This document shows, one piece after another, positions 46,301 through 56,995 of a stretch of DNA of 64,000 nt (position 1 is the first letter of the stretch; each line of letters opens with the position of its first letter). The stretch is from NCBI GenBank assembly GCA_020891255.1, contig BQFW01000007.1, positions 2,232,001 through 2,296,000 on the forward strand, read 5' to 3'. The notes below the pieces were generated by a model. It was not told the DNA's origin and did no database searches. It was given only the letters and a program-made list of their open reading frames with translations. The DNA is from Entomortierella parvispora E1425 (Eukaryota; Fungi; Mortierellomycota). A program made the position numbers and the translations under genes.

Positions 46301-47066
46301 TACCATCCAGGATCAATCCTTCCTGGCGCCTTCGCCAATCAATCCGCTCCCCTCGGCCCTCAATGGCGGCGAGCATCTGTTTCAATCCAACGATCGCAAA
46401 GCGGTCGAGAATTTCAAGCCCCCAATACTTGGATCTCCACCACCAGGCACTGCCAAGGAGAGGCGATCCAAGAGTGTAATCTTCCAGAATCAGCTGTCTC
46501 TAACTCCTGAAGGTGCATCTGGAGTCGGCTCAGGCTCTTTAGATCCTGGGCGCATTTCATCCTCCTCCCCAGTCTCCTCTGCTGGGAACTCTCCACCAAT
46601 GTTGGCCGTGACAGCTTCATCGCCGCCACTTCCAAAATCCCCGTTACTGGCACCAAAGAAAAAGAACAGAGGATCACTCCATCCAGGCTCAAACCTAGAT
46701 GTCAGTAGGGATCGCAGTCCTCCTTCTGTGCCAGCAGCATCCGGGATCACGACGGCAGAAGGTCCATCGACGACTGCAACTTTTACCGGTTGCCCTACCA
46801 TCAGCATTAGCCCCATGACGCCAGAGATGAGTTCAGATTCGTTCGAAGAGTCTGGCTCTGTCCCGCCAGCGCTACAACCTCTCCCGCAGACTGACCTTCC
46901 AGTGCTAAATGTTCCTCGGGTGGCCGAACCGACATTTACGGACGATACCGATATGTCAGTTGTCACGGCACCTGTTGGCTTGGGATTGAATGTGGACTCG
47001 GAGCATGCACCAACACCCACGACGGCTCCACAGCCGCCACCACCGTCACCACCACCATCGCAGTGA
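37347..47066 (+). CDS. UNC80: UNC80-like protein (~2,900 aa, roughly 9 introns), homolog of the NALCN channelosome scaffold
   Basis: ORFs splice in frame from 37347 to 47066. The helical core carries segments matching animal UNC80 as I recall it: LPPAFAFALFNHLLGL, IVYKDFK, NGYGLIFPALFKIY...RFYMLHQEAFVLQ, FSLADSIKLFLAVVAYDPGSLRSEQ. The match is from memory, not from an alignment run. Confidence 0.8.
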
Positions 47067-47787
47067 GAATGACGAGAATAAGAATCACCCCAGACCCCAC
47101 TCAACAATACCCCTATTCACCTGTACAATGTTATGTATTCCCTCCCTCATTTCTACGAACCTCCCAAAAGTAATTGTTCTGTTATTAAACTAATGCCGTA
47201 GTTGAAAAGTAAAGTAATAAAACATGGCCAAGAAGCCAACGAGAGCTATTCTCTGTCCTCTCTCCACGAGTGTGGATGTTGCACAGGGAAACGAAGGATA
47301 TCGTTGGGGTGCGGGAGCAGGAGGGCCTTTTCACTCATAAAATGCGTGAAAAATGTGGAGAAAAAGGCACAGGGTCGCGTGCAGACCCTTAAGCACCTTT
47401 GCCACCCGAGAGGGGACAATGCATGAAAGGAAAAGGGATGCTGGAACATGTGCCAGGCCATGCAGCTCCTTCCTTCTTTCCGTTTCTTCCTTCGTTCCTT
47501 TGTTCTCTCTCCTTCCTTCTCTCCTTCCTCGCCGCTGAGCTCGACCCCTCCTCCTTCTCTTCCCTCTCCTTTCCACACACCACCTCCAACTTTTCCATGA
47601 ACGCCCTTTGAACAGCTTCACAAAAAAAAAGCGGCGCTTGACCACGCACCTTCATCGGCTCCCTGTCTTTTCTTCAGGACCCCTTCCTCCCCTCATTTCA
47701 CCTTCCTTTATTCTCTGTTTCTCTGTTCTTTATTTGTATTTGTAACCGTACCACACCTAGTAGCCATATAATATAACACCTCCCAGC

Positions 47788-50700
47788 ATGGATCTTAATC
47801 ACGACAGGTAAAGACCGATTGCATACGCATAGCATGGAATGAAAGCAAGAGGAAAGAGCCATGCAAGCACGCATTCATGTGCTGAAGGGCGCCTGACTGA
47901 CCATTCTTACCCCCTCATTTTGCATTGAATGAATGTTAGCGCGACCGAGCGGTACTCCGAGACCCTGAACTCGGCCCTTACCTACTTCAGCACTTTGGCC
48001 CAGTCGAGCTCAGGCTGGAAGCGACTCTCGTCAGCCTCGGTGGCCTCTGTCAGATCGCCACGTAAGAAGAACACTGCGTTAGCATGGACCTCTCAAGCGC
48101 GCCTTTTATATTTGCTTTGGCCGTTCACTTTCTTTCTTTCGTCGTTGAAACTCTTTACCTGGGTGCTCTCAACTCACTTTACACTTTCCATATCATCTAA
48201 TGCCATATTGCCATTAGGCGTTGGAAGCGGGAATGGTCCCACAGGATCCCCCGGGAACAATGGTGGTGGTGGCGGTGGCGGATCATCGTCATCCTCACCA
48301 AACTCAAATCGGGCCGGTTACCGCGAAGATCCCATGACATCACTACCTGGAGGATCGGCACCGTCTTCGGCAGCCTCTGCGGCGATCGAGTCGCTCTTGC
48401 CAACCATCTCCGTGTCAAAGAGGAGTGTACCAGGAAAATCCGCTGAGATTGTCAGGGCGAGCATCATTCTGCCAGGATTGGACGAGCAGACGGATCTGGA
48501 TGACTGGAGGGCTGTCCTTGAATGCACAGGAGCTCGTAAAATTTGTAAGGAGACAGAGAGACAGAACGATCCATCAGATGAGATTCTATTTTGTTGAAAT
48601 AGCTGATGGAATTAGATCTGGAAGGAGATACTGACTATCTGAACCCCTCTCCTCGTCTCCTCCTCTCTGCAGGGGACCGCATGGTCGAGAGCTCCACTGT
48701 CATGCAGACGCTGGACGATAACACATGCATCACCAAGACTGTCTTCAAAACAACATGGCCTGCAAGGTAAAACGGGAGTTTTCCAGGCAGGATCGACACA
48801 CATGAGAGCTTGGATTCGATGTCTGCGTTCATTTCACATGCATCCTTGTGCAACCTGGTTTCGAATATCGTGGGGCAAACCCGGTTCTCTGCCATGCTTC
48901 GTTTTAACCCGAACTTTTCTCCCGTCACTCTTTGAATAGCCCCAGGGATGCACTGTTGATCGAAACGACACTTCTGGACCACAACGCTGTTCTTCATATT
49001 GCCACGTCCATCAAACCGTCCCATGATGACCCAATCTTCTTACGACCTTCGCCTCCTCACGTGCGAGCATACCTTCCTCTGGTCGCGTGGCACATTCAAT
49101 TGGTACCGGCAGACCTGGACGAGACAATGTCGTTCACCTCCTTCAATTCACTGACGACATCCCAGAACAAGCCAGTGATGCCGCGTCATTCGATTCGAGT
49201 CAGCTTTTACTATCAGATCGACATGAGAGGATGGGCAGTCAATTCCTCGGTCTCAATGCAATCGCATGTCCCGTCCTGTATCGCCAACATGTATCGTCTA
49301 CTAAGACGACAGGGTGTACCGCCGCACGTCAGTCGACACAGTCCTCGGATACAGCTTGACTTGAACGAATACGACCCGGCATCAGGAATATACGAACTGC
49401 GGTACGATGTCATTCCGCTTGATTCTGAGGATTTGAGAATGGAAAGAAAGACAGTCTCTACTACCCTGAAGAATTTCCGACTTGGAGGTTCACTTACAGA
49501 GTCAGGAGCCAACACGATCAAGGAAGCGCCTGAAAACATCCCACAGGAAATCGTTTTATCCGATGACGATGATATTGAGGATATGGACAGCGACAACGTC
49601 AACGGCGGCTCTCAGAACGGATACGTGGATGTAGAGTTGGATGGCGAGCGTTGGGGCTTTGGCAGTGATATTGTGGTCCACATCTTCATGAACGACATTG
49701 AGGATGAGGAATTTGTACGAGAGCATGTCGAATGCCTCAAGTACATGGGCCGGGATCGGTACATCCTTCGGATGAAGCATACCGGTATTGGAGAGCACCA
49801 AGGCGCTATTAATGTCAAACTGCGGATAGAAAGGATTCAGCCTCAGGTTTCAGAAAGCCCTCATTTGCAATCCCCACTTCAAAATCAGGACACCGCTTCG
49901 ATAGTGGACCCGAGCGGATTGATCGTCTCTGTCAATGGCCACGAAAAAGATATTCTGCCATTGAATCGGTCATCGATGCAGGGAAGCAGAAGAGGCACAA
50001 TGTCGCTCCAGGATCAGCTCGAGTTGAGTCAGCAGATCGTTCAAGAGGTGGATAATCAGTCAAGTCACTGGCCCACAGGTTCGGAAGGAAATGGAGTACA
50101 AGAGACAAAGGCAACATCCTCGCCGTTGTTACTCATGTCGACCTCCATGCCGACAACAATCCAAAGCTTGGGCAAAAGCAACCAAAGTATCTTGAGCAAT
50201 GGAACCAGTACAATGGCTCCAGGAAATACCAACCCAAGCAAGGTCAACTCGAGTTATAGCTACTTCAACTCTTTACTTGTGGAACCGACGACATCTTGGA
50301 AAACTGTGGCTACTCAGCGGGATGTTCATATATCCAAACTGGAATCACAAGGGCATGCACCTGGCATTGTCAAGGGTGAAGGCATCTTTGAGGACTACTC
50401 TATTTGGGATGTAAAGGCCGCACTTGATTGTATATCGTCTCGCAAGATATGTAAGTCAGGGGTCAATTGAAGGGGGGCTAAAATTGAGAATCTTTAGGAG
50501 CAACATCACGTTGACTTGGAAGACACCACTCATCCTCTCACGCTGCCATGGCTAATTAATAGGGGATAAACTGTTTGACGAGGCGCAAATGCTCCAACAG
50601 GTGACACCCAGCTCAATCCTTACCTATGTTCGATTGAAAGGATTCTGGCCTTCAAGGTTTGTGAAGCGCGTGCAATGCACTTTGGTCCTACAGACAGGAT

Positions 50701-53700
50701 TCTCAGCGTTGATTCTGACTTTTTTGCACTTGACCTTGTCTTCTTAGTCCCAAGGACATGGCGCTGATCAACACAACGTTCATAACCAAGGATGCTATAC
50801 ATTACTTTTCCACATCAGTGGATGACACCAATCTTTACCCCAGTATCCCGCCGCCAGTGTCGCCATTTGTTCGGTCAGACTTGGTCGTCTCAGGCTGGTA
50901 TTTGGAAGCCATTAAACCCAGGAGTGTAAGGATTGTGTATATCGCACAAGCAGCGCCAACAGGATGGATGGTACCGGGATCGGCTCTTGGAGCAATGACA
51001 ACTGAGATGCCGTTGTGTGTAGCAGAGATTATCAAGTATCTCGAGACATTTGGTAGTCCTCCAACACTGGTCAGCATTCGTCGAGGACGTGCTTTGGGGA
51101 TTGATTATTCTCATGAGAAATCCTCCTTCCGTCTGGAATATATCCAAGACAGCAACCCAATATTTTCGGGACATCGTGCATTACAACAACATGAACATCA
51201 ACAACAGCAGCTTCACGCCGAACGATATAGGAGGAGCACCGTGGACTTTACGGCTGGTGCATCTGCCAGTATGAACGACATTCAACAATTCTCTTCGCCA
51301 AAACTTGGTCCCACTGACAAGTTGCTGGCAGAGATTCGGCTCGATGCCAGGAACTGGGCACGGAATGGTGATTGTCAGATTACGATTGATCCTCCTCCAT
51401 CAAAAGTCACCTGCACTTGCGTCCCTCACGATGGCACTGGAATTCGCCTGCGGATTGAGCACTCGAGTGGCAGAGCCGTTCCTTCAGGTGGAAAAGTTTT
51501 AGTAATGGTCCGCAAGTCTGCAAGTCCAGGATGTGGTGTAGTTGTTAATGGCCTTGGCGTCAAGATGCCCTCTCTGGATCACCTTCAGGAATGGCACCAA
51601 AACCCACCACCTGCCAGTGCTCTGTCTCTCACCCTGTTGGCGAACGAGTCCTCCGAGCAGGCCAGCGCTGCCGACAGCGACAAGATTGATGGGGGCTCGA
51701 AGGCTAGTCAAAAATCATCTACTGGACCAAACTCTCCACATTCGTCGCTCCCAGGAACCCCTTTGAAAGTTGGCACTGGACCAAGCACCTCAGCCAATCC
51801 CTTGCAGCACGCCCAAGGAGCTATGGATCTTTTAGCAAAGATTATGTCTGATTCTGACGATGCATGGACTGTTGTCTCGGACACGAAAGGAGGGCTTCGG
51901 GTGACAAAGCGGTTCATGCCTGCAGAAATATCAGACCAGGTGCCACTCGTGAGAGGAGAAAAAGTCTTGGAAGGGTTTTCACTTGAAGAGATTGCGACAG
52001 TTATTGGGAATGTTGGAACGCGATCGAAACGTAAGACGATGTGACATAGAAAGGCAGAACATCGATTTTTGAGTCTTGTTTCGATTACTAACCCTTCTCT
52101 TGCTCTGTTTTCTTGATAGTGGACGATTTGTTTGAGTCTGGAGAGATGATTCAATCGTTCGGGGCCGGATGTGCAACTTTTCACCATATCCTCAAAGGAT
52201 ACTTTCCTCTTCCCCTCCCGTAAGTCAGAAGGAGGACTATCGGTGCCAGTTTTGCTATTGACTCCAGCCTTCAGGCGCGTATATGAAGACTGACTGACCT
52301 TTATCTAATTAATCTCCATACATAGAGCTCGAGACTTGTACTTTGTAACAGCGACGGCTTTAGTCGAGACGATTCCACGATGCCCACAAATCCTTATTGT
52401 CTCTACATCTATACCCCACCAAAACCCTACTTCAAACTCAGGATCGCCTGCTGCCCCAGGGACCCCGCCTACCAACTCCACACCAACGCCTTCTCGCCCG
52501 AAGGCTCAACTGCACCTCTCCGCATGGATCCTCGAGGGTATTGATCCTTATAGCTCCAATCACCCAATCCCGTCTACTAGAGTCACGTTCATGACGGCGC
52601 TGGATTTAGGAGGTTCTGTCCCTCAAAGGATCAGTGGACTGGTTCAAACCATGTTTCCAAAGATGATCACACAAGTGGAGAGTTACCTTCAGGCACAGGC
52701 AGCCCCTCCCATAGTTCGAATTCCAGAGCAGATGGTCATCACAGAGTCCACAGGTACGAGCTTATGTCGATGCATATCTTTGGTGTTAGCGCTATATAGG
52801 TATCACAATGACTAACTCTGCTTTCTTTTGAATTCTAGATGCAAAACTAGAGTCTGTTTCTGAAGAAAGTGGGAACGTTCTCCCGAGGCTGATACCTTGG
52901 GTAAAGCCAGCGAATCGATTGACTTCATGGGACTTCAAGATGAAGGATTCATTTTGCGAGATGATGCTGGTCTTTGATCAGTTCCAGTTGAGACCCTCTC
53001 GACTAGATCTTGCAAGAGAACGGCGTGTCAGCAGAGCGAAAAAGCTGCGGTCCAAACTGGGAAAGGATAATACCAACGATGCTGAAGCAGACACCCTTCT
53101 CCAGGATGACGACTTGTCGACGACCAAGGACGCAAAAGTAGCCCAAAGAACAGTTTTGGAAGTCATTGTGGATCTGAAGCAGTACCCGCTTGGATACAGC
53201 ATTATGACGAATATCAAAGTTGACCCAGAGTTTTTGCTGCAGCACAAACAGCAGAGGGACTCTGAACAGCGCTCGTCGATTGCAAAGTCGACTTCGACAG
53301 TCAAACTGACAGGATCCACATCGACTGCCAGCATCAGTAACCTCAGCAACCACAATAGTAGTAGCAACAACAACCTTGGATCCACACGATTTATTGGCGG
53401 CTTTGACACCAACAGCGGCAGCCATTCTGGACTGAACGAAGCAGGACAGCTTTCAGTGGACGGTGAGAACACGCCTACACTCAGGGCCTCGTCTGAGGCA
53501 GCCACCAGTGGAGCTGGAATTGCAGCCGTCTTGGGAGGCTCCACCAACATTGCGAGAGCACTTCCCTCGTCGACATCGTTGATTAGAATCTTGCCACCTC
53601 CCATTACTGTGGACGTCGTCGATATCCCCCCGGCTCCTTCGCACTCATCGTCGCTCTCGGGCGGCTCAAAGCGTCGGAAGCATTTGATCATTATTTCTGT

Positions 53701-55699
53701 CCCAGAGGCCGAAAGTAGCCAGGCCTATGCTCATCAGCAAGCGGCGCAAGGATCCAAATCCACGTCGCCTCATGTGGTTTCTGGAATTGCTGCCAAGCCT
53801 GTTGTCACGACCAGCTCCGCGAGTGGAACGACATCGACGATGTTTGCACCTGAATCGACGTTGGATCAACGGCCCTCCCGTACAAGGACACCCGTACCAG
53901 CGTCGCACGATGGAGATGCAAGTCACGAGACACCCAATCCAACATCCTCGCCTTCAGGCACCTCTTTAACATCTGGACTAAAAGGCAGAACCCCTTTGGG
54001 GGAGCCTGTCGCGATGTTGGAAACGCGCATGTTCCAATTCAGTGTCAAGATTGACCAATTGGCTCACAAGGATCTGGACCATGCCGCTATTCAAGCTAAA
54101 AGGGACACGCTTCATTCCTCATCAGACGATAAAGAGTGGTCTGGAAAGGTCATGGCGGATGGGGTCACAGTCAAGGTTCAAACAAAATGGTCGCGACAAG
54201 AACTTGGCTTCTTGGACGGTATGGTGGATGAGGATGAGAAGGAAGGGGAGGAAGAAGATAAATCCTCTCGACGCAACAGGAGGGATCCTCAACGCTCTGG
54301 TAATGTTTCAGACTCTGAGCACGGCTTGAATGAAGAGGACGACGAGACTCTCCAGCAGGCTGAACAGGACGAGATCCGAAGACGAAAGTCTGTCTCGCGT
54401 CGGAAGAGTCACCACCGGCAGCAGTTGGCAAATCTACACGAACAAGAGGAGACCCCCAACGAAAGGTTGCAGGAATCGACCGCGGCTAATGGACTTCGGG
54501 CCCTAGCCAAGACTTCTGTGACTTCTACGAATCTTCGACCAGCTGGATCCTTGTCGAGTTTTTCCAACTTTTTGATGAATGTGGGCCTGATGAAGAGTCC
54601 ACTGGGCTCCCATGAGGATCTTATTACCGCCAACTCTTCTCCTAGACCCAACCAGGCGCGAGATCGTTTCCATGAGCCAAGGGAGGAGTTGGATCAAGAT
54701 GATGATCGTACCATTCGCGCCAGCAAGAGTACTAGCCGGGGAGGTATTAGCTCTCTTCTCAGCAATGGAAATGGTAGCCTCGCCAAGAACCGGAAACAAC
54801 GGCTTGAGGGTGGCCATGACTTGGACCTGGAGAGCTTGCATGGATCGATAGTATTCAAAGATGATGAGAACGATATCAACAGTGATCATCCAGCATTGGA
54901 GGACATAACGCGCGAATCATCCACACTCATTGACTCGAATTCTCGTCGCGAATCATCAGAATGGACTCGGCAGGGCGGTAACCTCAGGAAGAGAAGAGAA
55001 AGACATGGTCTTCAAAGTGATGGGGATGTGGCCTCGCGGCCATCGCTGGAGGATACTAGGTCGACGACAGCCTACGATCGCGGTTCTGGATACGGTTCTG
55101 GAAGCAAGGCAGATGCACGACTGACGCGCCGATCACGAAGAAGGGGTAGCTCGGTTTCATTGTCCCAACACCGACAGCGGCGTACCAGCACTGCAGGCAA
55201 TGGCACCACTCGCGTTCACAGACCTGGATCAACTAATGGAGCGGACCACCCCCGGTTCATGGGTAGCCATCTCTATGCGTACTCGTTCAGAAATCTGTTT
55301 TGGTCGGCGATGGCGTGCTTTGTCTTTGGATTGATATTGAGGATATACGTGATTGGACCTTCGTTCTTCAAAACGGCTGCATCGACATCGGGTACTGGAT
55401 CCACAGCCACCTACTATTATTACTATCGTGCAGCCGGGCCCCGGGCAACTGGACCTGTAAGCTTGACCAGGTCCACAGTGTTGCTTACGGATGACTCCAA
55501 GGACAGCAGGCGACGCTCTCAAGATTATCTAGACCAACAGGGTAGCAAAGGCGGTCCTAGGAGAGGATCAGAGGACGATGATGACGGTGTAGAAGGGTCT
55601 ACATGGCCATTGGGCATCCAAGAAGTGTTTACAATTCGTCGTCTGATGGGATGGGACTATGTTCTTCTCGCGTATCCCTCACCTGCTCAAGATCCCTAG
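47788..55699 (+). CDS. Triple-START-domain lipid-transfer protein with C-terminal transmembrane helix (~2,300 aa, multi-exon)
   Basis: Three START/SRPBCC units: WKRL...RKIWDRM...WPASPRD; WKTV...RKIWDKL...WPSSPKD; WTVV...RSKLDDL...PARD, each ending in a helix (..YRLL / ..IKYL / ..ESYL). TM segment LFWSAMACFVFGLILRIYVIG. ATG at 47788 inferred from a short first exon (MDLNHD|). Confidence 0.85.
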
Positions 55700-56054
55700 T
55701 CGCTCATTAAAATACACACCGCGGTTGGAAGGATGAAAAATGTTTTTTTTTTTGTGTTGATTTTGCGTGCTAAATATAACTTTCTATGAAGATGCAGTGC
55801 AGGCAAAGGAGGTGGATGTGACAAGACAAATGGAGATTAATTCAAGCTGGCTGGCTCTTTTCCTCCTCTTTTTTTTTCTGTTTCTCCCTTCTCTTTTTCT
55901 CCTTCTTTCTCTCTACCTCGAGTCAGGGTCGAGAAGAGTCAGTTGTCAACAAAGAGTGGGTAGACCCCCCCCTTGCAACGTGGTATCATGGGTAAGGAAA
56001 ATAAAGTAGATAAATGATAAAACGAAGATAGAAGGGTCAATCGGTTCATATTTT

Positions 56055-56729
56055 TTAAGCCATGCCACCGAGGGGGATCAGGACTGCCACCAAAGAAGCC
56101 AACATGGCCGACCAGACCAACGTCGAGACGTGGGAGAGAAGAGAGGCGGCAGCATTGGGGATCATGGCACCGTTGTTGGTGTCGAGGCAGACCTGTTTGA
56201 ACGCCTTGACGTCCTGACTCGAGACATTGTTCCTGAAGACGGGGTTCAAGAACTGTTGTTGACCGGTGGAATTGAAGCAAAGAGAGCAAGAATGCAGAGC
56301 ATCAATCAAGGTGCCATTGTCTTGGCAGATACAGGCGTAAAAGGGCAAGACCTGGTTGATAACGGTCAAGTTGGTGCCTGTGGGGATGCGGGATTGACAG
56401 GTGGAGACCAGCGTGTAGTTGGACTGACAGGCCACACAGCTGTCCGAGGTCGAAAAGACAGGGTCCAGAGGCTTCGATGTGGGTTTGGCCGTGCTGATAG
56501 GCCCGGTGGGGGTGGCGACTGAAGCAGAGGGAACGAGGGGTGGAGCAGACACGGATGCGCTTGGCTCAGGGACCACCGGGGCTGCGCTGGGTGAGAAGGA
56601 AGGCGAAGGCGAAGACTCGCCGGGCTCCGGTTCGTCCTGGGCGTGGACTGTGGAGGAAGTGAGGAGGGAGAGAAGGGTGACCAGAATGGCGAGTAGCAGC
56701 AACGAGTGCCTTGAGCGAGCAGCGAGCAT
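56055..56729 (-). CDS. Secreted, probably GPI-anchored Ser/Pro-rich protein with an 8-Cys (CFEM-like) domain, 224 aa
   Basis: Signal peptide (MLAARSRHSLLLLAILVTLLSLLTSSTVHA), S/P/T stalk, C-x2-C-x9-C-x21-C-x-C-x12-C-x2-C-x29-C, several N-glycosylation sequons, hydrophobic C-terminus after NAAAS. Confidence 0.85.
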   Translation of the reverse strand: MLAARSRHSLLLLAILVTLLSLLTSSTVHAQDEPEPGESSPSPSFSPSAAPVVPEPSASVSAPPLVPSASVATPTGPISTAKPTSKPLDPVFSTSDSCVACQSNYTLVSTCQSRIPTGTNLTVINQVLPFYACICQDNGTLIDALHSCSLCFNSTGQQQFLNPVFRNNVSSQDVKAFKQVCLDTNNGAMIPNAAASLLSHVSTLVWSAMLASLVAVLIPLGGMA

Positions 56730-56995
56730 GATGTGAGTGAGTGAGTGAGTGAGTGAATAAGTTCGATGGATGGAAGGATGGATAAAATGAAAAGTGAACA
56801 AGAGATGGGATGAATGGATGGATTAAAAAAAAGAATCAACAAATGCAAATGCACGCATGTGATCAAAACGGTTTTGGTGCCTGAATCTGAACACCTCCTT
56901 TACACTTATCTTTGGAGAAATCAAACGATAAAAAATAAAATACATGGTATAATAATAGTCAATACTTTGAATCAAATTTTATTAGACTAATTAAG

